A stretch of DNA of 64,000 nucleotides from a virus: positions 6,398-70,397 of the IMG/VR virus record IMGVR_UViG_3300002854_000001; one strand, given 5' to 3'. The stretch's first letter is position 1. Each line of letters starts with the position of its first letter. The translations under genes were made by a program, and so were the position numbers. Below the pieces are notes generated by a model. It was not told where the DNA came from and searched no databases. It saw nothing but the letters and a program-made list of their open reading frames with translations. Positions 18,482-26,930 of this stretch are shown piece after piece.

Positions 18482-18947
18482 AGGGGACTTCCTTATTGCA
18501 TACCAGTACGACTTCTGCGCACTGGGGGACGTCGAACCAGCCGATGTGGCATGTGCCGACGTCTTCGATTCGTAGCTGAAGGGCGAGCCAGTGGTAGGCC
18601 TCGGTGCGGGTCATACGCGCGCCCTTCGCCTGCCACAGCGGGTTGAATGCGACCTTGGCGCGCTTGCGCCATTCGCGGATCTCCCTGGTAGCCAGCGTTG
18701 CCTGAGGGATCCCCGTGAAGGGGTGGAGGCCGGCGTACGCGCCGCACCCCTCGCAGAGCACGGCCCATGGCCACTCACCGTAGGCCTGGCCGTAAATCAC
18801 CTCGTTGTTGACGATCGAGCAGCGACCGCCGCAGTGCCTGCAAGTCTCTGGCACCGGCAGTGGGTTCGCCACGCGCGCCGTGGCTCGCCGAGATGGGTTC
18901 CACGGCGTGATCGGCGGGCGTTCAGGCTGGCTCGGGGAGCTTGTCAT
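18411..18947 (-). CDS. Zinc-finger protein (DUF3268-like)
   Basis: CRHCGG..LCEGCGAYAGLH..ATLAT..RKRAKVAFNPLW..AYHWLA..CHIGWFD. Confidence 0.8.
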   Translation of the reverse strand: MTSSPSQPERPPITPWNPSRRATARVANPLPVPETCRHCGGRCSIVNNEVIYGQAYGEWPWAVLCEGCGAYAGLHPFTGIPQATLATREIREWRKRAKVAFNPLWQAKGARMTRTEAYHWLALQLRIEDVGTCHIGWFDVPQCAEVVLVCNKEVPSEQRNPNPRKTRPQERGARAQRR

Positions 18948-19146
18948 GGTCTGGATCGAAGTCCTCCGGCACATTGTGTTCATGGAAGTCGTGGCCGTCA
19001 TATCCGCAACTGCAGCATTGCAATTGGTCGTAAACGCTGTACTCGCCGGTGTTGACGTGCAGATTGGCGTCCTGGACTATGTCCAGGCTGCCGCAGCGGC
19101 TGCAGCTGAGAACGAGCTTGGTGTCAGGCACTGGCGTAGCCCGCAA
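18922..19146 (-). CDS. Small zinc-ribbon protein
   Basis: CSRCGS..CCSCG. Confidence 0.55.
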   Translation of the reverse strand: MRATPVPDTKLVLSCSRCGSLDIVQDANLHVNTGEYSVYDQLQCCSCGYDGHDFHEHNVPEDFDPDHDKLPEPA

Positions 19147-19306
19147 GAACGTGCACCGCGACCAGAACGTGGATCGAAACCACGAGGCTCACGAGCGTCA
19201 CGTAGTGCCAGCGGCGCGGCAGTTGGCACAGAACGGGCACGCCGATGAAGAAGCCGAAGGCAACCACCGTCAGAGCAGTGGCGAGGAGGATTGGGAGATC
19301 ACGCAT
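19124..19306 (-). CDS. Small membrane protein
   Basis: Two TM-like helices; coupled start. Confidence 0.5.
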   Translation of the reverse strand: MRDLPILLATALTVVAFGFFIGVPVLCQLPRRWHYVTLVSLVVSIHVLVAVHVLAGYASA

Positions 19307-19403
19307 CGGGGTGTACGGGGTGGCGGTGCTTGCGCACATAGACGGTGACCACGCGCTCGAGGCCCATGCGGTCGGTGGTGGTGATGTGGCGGGAGAACCT
19401 CAT
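19299..19403 (-). CDS. 34-aa hypothetical peptide
   Basis: AGGAG RBS; stop overlaps the next start. Confidence 0.4.
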   Translation of the reverse strand: MRFSRHITTTDRMGLERVVTVYVRKHRHPVHPDA

Positions 19404-19728
19404 GTCTGAGCTCCTGGGTGTTGAGACGCATGCCCGACAGCGCCCTGGCCTCCACACGGAAGCCAAGGCGTTGTCGGGGTGCGCGGGGTTGCCCCGATAA
19501 CCGAACGCACGCCCACCAGCCCCACGGAGGATTCCGCGGCCGCGAGGTGGGTCTAGACGTTGTCGGGGTGCGTGCTGGGTTGCCCGTTACCTGCCAGCCG
19601 CAGGGGCGGGAAAGGGTGGAATGGCGCGGTCAACGCATCGCTCGGGGGCGCACACCATTCCTTCGACAGGGCTCCGCACGGGCTCGGATGTCCTGCCGCA
19701 TGTCAAAAACCGCCCCCGAGAGCGTTTG

Positions 19729-20085
19729 TTATTCCCAGTCGAAGAGCGGAAGGCCGAGCTCTTCGGGAAGTGTGGGAGCGTCCCCATCGATCTGCAGGTA
19801 CCCGCAGTTCGATTCAGCCGCGATCCGCATGAGGGTGGCGATGGGGGCGAAGGCCTGGTCCCCTGATGCCAAAGCAACTGCAGCTTCGATGTTGTCGCGC
19901 CAGACGGCCAGGCGCCACGCGCTCTCCTCGAAATAGATGGTTAGCGGCTGACCCGACTTGGTCCAGAACACTTTTTTGTCCCGGCCGTAACCTTGCGCGC
20001 GGTTGATGTTGGAGGCGAAGCCTTCCCACGGGACGTGAGCGCTGCTGACGTTGAGCGTTCGCACGATGTTGTTCTCGATGCTCAT
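19729..20085 (-). CDS. Conserved hypothetical protein (DUF5983-like)
   Basis: LNVSSAHV..CGYLQIDGDA..LGLPLFDW pattern; family recalled from memory. Confidence 0.6.
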   Translation of the reverse strand: MSIENNIVRTLNVSSAHVPWEGFASNINRAQGYGRDKKVFWTKSGQPLTIYFEESAWRLAVWRDNIEAAVALASGDQAFAPIATLMRIAAESNCGYLQIDGDAPTLPEELGLPLFDWE

Positions 20086-20339
20086 CGCTTGCTGTCGGGG
20101 TTGAGGCCATAGGCCGATGAGAAGGTGGCTTGACTCAGGTAGCTCTCGTCTCGGACGACGACCCCGTGTCGCATCTCGTGCACGTAGATCAGGCCGCTGT
20201 CACCCCACTTGCTTTCGTAGATGCGGATGCCGTTGTCGGGGTTGCCAAAGGTTGCGTCGAGCTTCGCGCACACATCGTTCAGCTCGCACATCGCTCGGTA
20301 GACAGCAACGGCCTGGGCCGGGCTGAGGATCTTGCTCAT
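20082..20339 (-). CDS. Hypothetical protein
   Basis: ATGA overlaps on both sides. Confidence 0.6.
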   Translation of the reverse strand: MSKILSPAQAVAVYRAMCELNDVCAKLDATFGNPDNGIRIYESKWGDSGLIYVHEMRHGVVVRDESYLSQATFSSAYGLNPDSKR

Positions 20340-20608
20340 TCGACAGCGGTCTCGATGTGGCTGTCGACTTCGTCGAAGCTCGTGTCGCAATCCTCGAGCG
20401 AGCTGATCGCGTCATCCAGGGCGCTGACCGCAGCTTCGGCCTTCTCTCCCTTCTCGCCATCGCGGAAAGATTCGGGCATGTTGTCGAGGTACTCATGCTC
20501 CTCGTCACGCAGGGCCTCGAGGTCGCCCTTCAGTTCCTCTGCCTGGATGCGAAGGCCGGAGGCCTTCTCACGGATCGCCGTCAGCGCGGCGCGTCGGTCG
20601 TTGTTCAT
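20336..20608 (-). CDS. Acidic coiled-coil hypothetical protein
   Basis: MNNDRRAAL..DEEHEYLDNMPESF..GEKGEKAE, a common phage early-gene pattern. Confidence 0.7.
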   Translation of the reverse strand: MNNDRRAALTAIREKASGLRIQAEELKGDLEALRDEEHEYLDNMPESFRDGEKGEKAEAAVSALDDAISSLEDCDTSFDEVDSHIETAVE

Positions 20609-20856
20609 TGGGAATGTCCGAGGAAAGTGGCGAGGCCGCCAACAGCTGCAGCGATGAGGGCACAGATGCCGGCCGCGACCAGAAGGTGATTTGCGTTGCG
20701 GCGGTCGTCCACGGCGCATTCGTGTTGAAGGCCACGGACCACGCATTCAGCAAGTGCGAGGATGTGCACAAACGCGCCGAAGGCGGCGAAGATGCCGGCG
20801 GCCATCGCGAAGCCGAGGCCAGCCCATGCGCAGGCTATGACGATTGAAGTGAACAT
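20605..20856 (-). CDS. Small membrane protein
   Basis: Two hydrophobic helices. Confidence 0.5.
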   Translation of the reverse strand: MFTSIVIACAWAGLGFAMAAGIFAAFGAFVHILALAECVVRGLQHECAVDDRRNANHLLVAAGICALIAAAVGGLATFLGHSQ

Positions 20857-20861
20857 GGCCC

Positions 20862-21161
20862 TCACTCGGCCTTGTAGCCGTCGATGCATTCCTTCGGCAC
20901 AAAGACCCAGGCCTGCACCCAGGGACCGTCCTCGCCGCGGCTGACGCGTGCCGGCTCGTCGATCTCGATCTCGTCGTCGGAGCCTAGGCAGTGCCTGTGG
21001 CGCGCTTGATCGACCTCTTCCTGGGTGGCATTCGGCGCACGGAGGTTTCCGTTTAGGATCAGCTCACGAAGGAATCCGAGGGAGACGACCACGTCTTGGT
21101 CGGCTGGGTATGCGGCGTGCTTGTCGACCTCTGCGATGGAGGCGATGTGAAGCTTGCTCAT
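20862..21161 (-). CDS. Hypothetical protein
   Basis: GAGG RBS; coupled start. Confidence 0.6.
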   Translation of the reverse strand: MSKLHIASIAEVDKHAAYPADQDVVVSLGFLRELILNGNLRAPNATQEEVDQARHRHCLGSDDEIEIDEPARVSRGEDGPWVQAWVFVPKECIDGYKAE

Positions 21162-21607
21162 GTTGATGCCTCATGATTGGCCTGGTCGCTGGCGATTGCG
21201 ATCGCGCGGTCCAGGACCGAAAGCAGAATTTGGTGCCGCTCGGTGATGCTCAGGCGCGATGTGCCAACGATGAATCCGGCGTGAAGCTCGTCGTTGAACG
21301 TGTAGGCGAGGCTCTCAGGGTCATCGCCGTCGTCGGTGAAGACCGCAGCGAACTCAGGGTATAGGCTTTTGATCGCGCTGGCGACAAGCCGCCCGAGCGG
21401 GTGATTGCCGTAGACGCCCCAGATGCCGGTCTGGCCGTGAGGGTCGAGCACGGTCGCGGCCGCGCCGATCAGGCAGAACCTGCAGGCGTCGGGCGAGTAG
21501 TACTTGACGGGGTTCTCTTCCTCGTCGATTGCCAGTTCGCCGGAGGTCCAGCGAACCGGATCGGCCAGGCGCCCGCGAAGGGCTTGAGCCTGTTGGGCGA
21601 GGTTCAC
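21158..21607 (-). CDS. Hypothetical protein
   Basis: WTSGELA..CRFCLIGA pattern; coupled GTG start. Confidence 0.6.
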   Translation of the reverse strand: MNLAQQAQALRGRLADPVRWTSGELAIDEEENPVKYYSPDACRFCLIGAAATVLDPHGQTGIWGVYGNHPLGRLVASAIKSLYPEFAAVFTDDGDDPESLAYTFNDELHAGFIVGTSRLSITERHQILLSVLDRAIAIASDQANHEAST

Positions 21608-21909
21608 GGCTGATGCTCCAGTTCCTTGCTTGTGGTTTTGGCGTCGATGTTGTCGGGGTCATAGATGACCTCGAGCCAGATGGCGAGGCGGTCGACCTGG
21701 TCGCCGGCGCCGCCGTATTCGGAGACGAGGTTCTCGCCGCGGACCCGCCAGACGGGCCCCATGTCGACCACGATCCCGCCGCGCTCGGTGCGCAGGTGCT
21801 GGTCGTGCTCGAAGACGGTCACGACCTCCTTGCCGTAGGCGTGGCCGGCGGTGCCGTTGGTGGTGCCGATGATGCGGCAGCGTTGGCCGGGGCGGGTCGG
21901 TTCAGTCAT
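21604..21909 (-). CDS. Hypothetical protein
   Basis: Coupled overlaps. Confidence 0.6.
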   Translation of the reverse strand: MTEPTRPGQRCRIIGTTNGTAGHAYGKEVVTVFEHDQHLRTERGGIVVDMGPVWRVRGENLVSEYGGAGDQVDRLAIWLEVIYDPDNIDAKTTSKELEHQP

Positions 21910-22156
21910 TGGCGGCGAGTACGTATTCAGCCCGCGCCGCTTCTTCGCGGGATGTGAACGTGATGTGTTCCCTCAGGTCATCGCTACCGTTGCGCCCATC
22001 GCAGACGATGCGCCATTTGCGGTCGGGATAGTTGCGACTGACACATCCAACAGCTCCGGATGGGTATCTGACGTTGTCGACGTACCAACCGCCGTGGCGC
22101 CATCGAGAAAACTCTGGACGCCAATCCGTTGGCGGCGCGGTCACTTTCTCAGTCAA
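21902..22156 (-). CDS. Conserved phage hypothetical protein
   Basis: GGAGGAG RBS before TTG 22156; RWRHGGWYVDNVRYPSGAVGCVSRNY. Confidence 0.65.
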   Translation of the reverse strand: MTEKVTAPPTDWRPEFSRWRHGGWYVDNVRYPSGAVGCVSRNYPDRKWRIVCDGRNGSDDLREHITFTSREEAARAEYVLAAND

Positions 22157-22265
22157 GGTCTCCTCCTTCGGTGTCGTCGGCCTTCTTTCGCTCAAAGCTG
22201 TCGGCCGCATTGCCCTGAAGATGGGTCGGTAGGGCGTCGAGGCGTGCGGCTTCATCGTCGCTCAT
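22149..22265 (-). CDS. 38-aa acidic peptide
   Basis: MSDDEAARL..GGDLD; stop overlaps the next start. Confidence 0.35.
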   Translation of the reverse strand: MSDDEAARLDALPTHLQGNAADSFERKKADDTEGGDLD

Positions 22266-22291
22266 GTGGGGGTGTGTGAAGTGGGCGAAGC

Positions 22292-22744
22292 TCAAGCCGC
22301 CACCTCGCTGTTCTCGATCAGCCACTTGAGGCGGTTGGTGACCAACTCGTGGTCGGTGCCCTCGAAGCCGACGTCGGCGGGGCAGCCGGCCCAGAAGCGG
22401 TCGCCCAGCGGGCGGTTTCTCTCGGAGAACATGCCTGTCCCAGCAGCCCCTAGGAGGTCATTCAGGTGATCGATTTCGAGCTCGCCCCGGTCCGGGTTGG
22501 CGTTCAACTGCTTGCGAAACGGTGCCCACCACTCGAGCCAACCGCCGAAGCAGGCAACGCTCCCGCACGTTGGCGGCTCATCGAGATTGACGTTGTCGCC
22601 GGACAGGGCACCGTCGGCGTCGGGCTGTTCGCGCCAGGTGTAAAGGCGATGGGAGACTTGGTCGGGCCGGATGCTCGGCCACATGACATTGAGGGCCTCG
22701 AGGGCGTTGGCGCGTTGCTGGGCGGTGACTTGGATCTTGGACAT
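22292..22744 (-). CDS. Hypothetical protein
   Basis: 150-aa ORF, CGSVACFGGW; first gene after an intergenic motif copy. Confidence 0.65.
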   Translation of the reverse strand: MSKIQVTAQQRANALEALNVMWPSIRPDQVSHRLYTWREQPDADGALSGDNVNLDEPPTCGSVACFGGWLEWWAPFRKQLNANPDRGELEIDHLNDLLGAAGTGMFSERNRPLGDRFWAGCPADVGFEGTDHELVTNRLKWLIENSEVAA

Positions 22745-22924
22745 GGGTGTAGGAAGGGGGAGGGGGAATGGAATGGAAAGGCCACGCCGCGACGTGACCC
22801 TGACGCGAGGGTCGACATAGACGTTGTCGGGGCGCGTATGCTTCTGGCTTTGGAAAGAGCCGCAGGAACAAGTCCGAAAGGGCTCTGCCTAAAATTTCAT
22901 GCGCTATTACGGAGTTAGGACACT

Positions 22925-24316
22925 ATGACGGCCGAAATCTCGATCGGATCCGATCGACTCGAGCGTTCGAAATTCTTGAATGCCCTTGAGGAAAATATTC
23001 GTACGTTGGCTGACGTTCCGTCCGAATTTTTAGCGACCCCACGCGCGATTTCGGTTGATGCCAAGTGGGGCAATGGAAAAACTTGGGTCGCCAAGGCCTT
23101 GGTAGCAAGAGCGCAAGGACAGGGAGCGCATGTCGTTTATATCGACGCGTTTCGCCATGACCACCACGACGATGCTTACGCAGTAATTGCATCGGCAGTT
23201 TTCGATGTTTTGCGTCCAAAAGGAGAGCAAAAGCGAAAATTCTTGTCGGCCGCTGGTGCGGTCTTAAAAAATACCGCTTCAGTCGCAGCTAAAGCTGCCA
23301 TATCGGCTGGAGCTGGGATGATCGGGGTAGCCAACGGGTCCGAGGCGATAGCTAAAATTCTACAAGATGGTGTTGAAAAGGGGGTGGAGGGATTCAGCGA
23401 GGAAGCGGTCGAGTCGCTTTTCAGGAAATACTCAAAAACCGAAGAGGTGCAACGGCAATTTATGAATTCGTTGAGCGAGATCACGAGTGGCTTGCAAGCC
23501 CCGCTTGTGGTCGTAGTTGATGAGTTAGACCGATGCCGTCCGTCCTTTGCTCTCGAGGTTCTGGAAAGAATAAAACACATTTTCGATGCTGAAAACACAG
23601 TGTTTGTGTTGTTCTGGAATTCGACCTCGATTCACGAATCGATACGCCACACATACGGAGCCAAAACGGATGCTGAGCAGTATCTATCCAAGTTCATCGC
23701 ATTCAATGTTCCCTTGGAACTGCCAGTTTTGTCGAAGCGCGTAAAGCGTCGAAGCATACGTTTTCAGGGATTTATTGCCGCGATTGTGAAGGATGTATTT
23801 CCTGCTGAAGGTGATCATTTTGGCTTCATTCAAGCTATGGCAGAGGGCTGCGAGGCTCTTGATCCCAGTCTTCGTCAAATTCAAATAGCGCTCCAGATTG
23901 CCAATCGCATCCATGCCTATAAGAAAGAGTGGTTTGAAGTAACCACATATCTTTGCCTGCTGAAGGCAATCGACGACGGAAGATTTTCTCGAGTTTGTAG
24001 GTTGGAAGATCTTCAGTGTGGAATTGAGGCAAATCAATTCACCGATCGGCTCGGAGTTGATCTTGCGAAAGGCGTGGAATTGCATACGGTCCACGCGCTG
24101 TGCGAATACGTTTCGCGAAGCAAGCGGTATTCTGCGCTGGAAACTGGGACTGAAAGACCAACGATTCACGAGCAGGCTGTACTTGAAATTGTTGATAGCG
24201 GTCGCGCAGTCAGTTATTTCAGAGACTTTGCAGCCGATATGTTTCAAGGTCTGATTTCGAAAGAGCACTCGGGTGCGCTAGCAAATCGCAAACCGGCATC
24301 TACTTCTGGAGCGTGA
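22925..24316 (+). CDS. KAP-family P-loop NTPase (accessory, low GC, counter-oriented)
   Basis: ISVDAKWGNGKT Walker A, YIDAF, VVVVDELDRCRP Walker B, LERIKHIF, YLSKFI; visibly AT-richer. Confidence 0.88.
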   Translation: MTAEISIGSDRLERSKFLNALEENIRTLADVPSEFLATPRAISVDAKWGNGKTWVAKALVARAQGQGAHVVYIDAFRHDHHDDAYAVIASAVFDVLRPKGEQKRKFLSAAGAVLKNTASVAAKAAISAGAGMIGVANGSEAIAKILQDGVEKGVEGFSEEAVESLFRKYSKTEEVQRQFMNSLSEITSGLQAPLVVVVDELDRCRPSFALEVLERIKHIFDAENTVFVLFWNSTSIHESIRHTYGAKTDAEQYLSKFIAFNVPLELPVLSKRVKRRSIRFQGFIAAIVKDVFPAEGDHFGFIQAMAEGCEALDPSLRQIQIALQIANRIHAYKKEWFEVTTYLCLLKAIDDGRFSRVCRLEDLQCGIEANQFTDRLGVDLAKGVELHTVHALCEYVSRSKRYSALETGTERPTIHEQAVLEIVDSGRAVSYFRDFAADMFQGLISKEHSGALANRKPASTSGA

Positions 24317-24569
24317 CGTTGTCCGCGGACACCCGCTCGCCGTTCTCGTCGACGAACACGCGGCCCGCGGCGTCGTAGACCGTGACCTGACCGTCCCAGT
24401 CAACGTCAGTGCCACCCTCGTAGTGCAGCTCGAGGCGGCCTCCAACCCAGGTGGCACTTCCGACTCGAGCGACGCCCGTGAGGCGCTCGAGGGTTCCGAC
24501 AATGGCGATGTCGGGGTTGTCCTTTCGGACGATTCTGTCTGTCATTTGCTTTTCGTCGCTGCTGGACAT
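24300..24569 (-). CDS. Hypothetical protein
   Basis: Phage-like codon use; convergent with the KAP gene. Confidence 0.55.
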   Translation of the reverse strand: MSSSDEKQMTDRIVRKDNPDIAIVGTLERLTGVARVGSATWVGGRLELHYEGGTDVDWDGQVTVYDAAGRVFVDENGERVSADNVTLQK

Positions 24570-24658
24570 GAAGAGCCTGCCCGGTAGTTGCCGGGAAGGC
24601 GAACGGGGAAGCCTGTGCAAGGGCTAGACTTCCGTACGGGAACCCCGTGGAGGCAGGC

Positions 24659-25090
24659 GTGGACGATCGCTCACTGATCAAGATTGATGACCCGAAGGCA
24701 GAGGCAATATTCGCCATGCTGGTCCGCGTAGCCGACGCTGCGCCGGAGATAGCGCTCGAGTTTGAGAAGCAGGGCTTCCGGATCTCTGGTGAGCTCGAGC
24801 AAGCCTACATCGAGGCTCTTGAACCCTCCGATCGCCGACCTATGCCGCCGAGAAAATCGAATCCAGACGGCGGGGCGTCGCCTCTGGTGTGGTGCTACGC
24901 GATGGCCAAAGAATCCCGGTCGGCTATTCGTGGCCGCGGCACGGCCAGCCGCAAGGCTCTCACCCGATGCACCTCAAAATCCCCATGGATGTCCGTAGGC
25001 GTTTCGTGGAGATCGTGCAAGAAGGGAGGGTGCGTGAAGCTGCAGAATTTGGGCTGCACGACGCTCCGTTGCCGACACGCACCCACCTGA
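24659..25090 (+). CDS. Hypothetical accessory ORF (possible 5' half of a frameshifted gene)
   Basis: GGAGG RBS before GTG 24659. Confidence 0.4.
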   Translation: MDDRSLIKIDDPKAEAIFAMLVRVADAAPEIALEFEKQGFRISGELEQAYIEALEPSDRRPMPPRKSNPDGGASPLVWCYAMAKESRSAIRGRGTASRKALTRCTSKSPWMSVGVSWRSCKKGGCVKLQNLGCTTLRCRHAPT

Positions 25091-25443
25091 ACAAGGTTCT
25101 CGCAGAGTCGGGGTTTCACAAGACGTTGGTGAGCGGCAAGTCCGAGAGCGTGCGGGCGGGTCGAGGCGAGTTTGATTTCGCTTTGTCGCTGATCGTGAAG
25201 CCGACGCGATTCGTTCCGATGGATATTGATGCTCAGCTTTTCTTTGTCAGGAGAGGCGCCGGCACTGACGGCGCTGCGTCGATTCTCGCAATCGACACCC
25301 AGCACTTCATGTCCGGGTATGGCTACAGATCATCGATGAGCGTTCCGCAGGCTGCGTTGGCGGTTAAGGCGCAGATCTCGCTTGCGAACCTCATCGTCGA
25401 TCGGATTGAGTTGGAGCTCGAAGCTGGTTGTACTTCGCAATGA
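24889..25443 (+). CDS. Hypothetical accessory ORF (possible 3' half of a frameshifted gene)
   Basis: Protein-like ORF overlapping the previous one in another frame; no clear RBS. Confidence 0.45.
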   Translation: MVLRDGQRIPVGYSWPRHGQPQGSHPMHLKIPMDVRRRFVEIVQEGRVREAAEFGLHDAPLPTRTHLNKVLAESGFHKTLVSGKSESVRAGRGEFDFALSLIVKPTRFVPMDIDAQLFFVRRGAGTDGAASILAIDTQHFMSGYGYRSSMSVPQAALAVKAQISLANLIVDRIELELEAGCTSQ

Positions 25444-25933
25444 GCTCGAGGAAAGGCATGTTGTCTTCGAGGTTCTCCGTTGAGATTCCATCGCAGGCAT
25501 TCCAAGCCGCCGCCATTCGCGTTAGGTTGGCGCGCTGCCGCTCGGTGACCTGCTCGCCGTTCATGAGCAGCGACATCCACCAGCGGCCGTTCTCGTCGAG
25601 CAGGGCGTAGCTGTTCGCATCGCCGTTTTCACGGAAGTGAAGCCGGCCTGCTGTGTGCACGGTGTGCTCTCGCGGGATCTCCGTCGTGGGTGCGTCCGCT
25701 GCAGGGCTGGTCAGCAGGTGCTGGTACTCCGGCAGCAGGCCCATGGCGATGGTGGGGTCCACGACGTCGTGGTTGTCGACCTTCTGGCCGAGGAACTCGT
25801 GCTGCGTGGTGTAGCGGATCGAGACAACGCGCCCGTCTTCGTCCTTGGTGGTGAGCTGGGCGACCACGGTGCATAGGCGCGGGTGCTTGCCGCGGGACCA
25901 GTACTGGGTTCCGATGAGAAATCGATGCTTCAT
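25391..25933 (-). CDS. Hypothetical protein
   Basis: 180 aa, phage-like codon use. Confidence 0.65.
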   Translation of the reverse strand: MKHRFLIGTQYWSRGKHPRLCTVVAQLTTKDEDGRVVSIRYTTQHEFLGQKVDNHDVVDPTIAMGLLPEYQHLLTSPAADAPTTEIPREHTVHTAGRLHFRENGDANSYALLDENGRWWMSLLMNGEQVTERQRANLTRMAAAWNACDGISTENLEDNMPFLELIAKYNQLRAPTQSDRR

Positions 25934-26145
25934 TGGGTTGGGTGCGATGACGCGCGCAGCGACCGTGCTGTCGTGCAGGGTGGGAATCGCGGATCAGGGG
26001 GTTGCCCGCGACTTAGATGCCAACGTGGACGTTGTCGGGGCGCGAGGTAGGGCGGGTGGCGAGCGAGGGGCGCACGCGTCTATGATTCAACAGGCGGCCG
26101 CTATCGGCCAGAAGCGGCCACTCGCCCCTCTACCTTAACCTGCAC

Positions 26146-26469
26146 ATGATGTTGTATCGCCTCTACTGCTCAAGTGGAAACACGGTGGGTGTTGACGAGT
26201 ACATCTGCTACTCGGAAATCGGAGCTGACGGGCTCTGGTTGCGCTATATCGAGATCAGGTCAGACGGCATGGCACTTCGCTACGACCTAGAACATGCCGC
26301 AGACCAGTACGGAGTGCTTCCAGAGGGGGAATGGCGAGAGGCGGAATCGTCGCTGCGTGAATTCGGCACGGTATCCAGCATTTCCGCCAAGTTGTTTGAG
26401 GCTGTCTGGTCGGTCACCCAATGTATGAATGAAGGCGACGAGCGTCCGCAGATCTCTACATTTCAATGA
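26146..26469 (+). CDS. Small acidic accessory protein, cassette-like
   Basis: Lower GC; flanked by palindromes; YSE..G..RYIEIRSDG..ISAKLFEAVW. Confidence 0.6.
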   Translation: MMLYRLYCSSGNTVGVDEYICYSEIGADGLWLRYIEIRSDGMALRYDLEHAADQYGVLPEGEWREAESSLREFGTVSSISAKLFEAVWSVTQCMNEGDERPQISTFQ

Positions 26470-26930
26470 CTGCTTTGCGCACAAGCCAATGTCTGCTTCG
26501 GGCCCGAAGCTGACCTAGCGGAGGCCGGCCGCGAGAACCGCGACCAGCCTGGAATTCGCGCCGGCCCCGAGTTCTGGGAGGCCGGCTGTACCTGATGCCA
26601 CAGGCTTGTGCGTCATTTCTGGCGTCGTCCCTGACCAGACACATCGGGCAGGCGACAGGATCTCAGGGTAAGGCGGTCATCTAACCTCCGGTTGGGTATG
26701 CCGGGCTGCACCAGGTTCGTCGTAGGCGCTCAGTCACGGCGGGGCCTCCAGCGCGGGAGGGTTGATCGGGGCGTCACAGACCGGTGGACCCGACAACGGC
26801 GAGGGCAGCCTCATCTGCGGAGGCCGGCACGTTGCCGTTGTCGGGGCCGGCACTTGCGTGACAGCAATCGGGGTGGTCGCCGAGCGGCGATACTCGGTTC
26901 ACTGGCAACCGCTCTTGCGAAGGAAAAACT

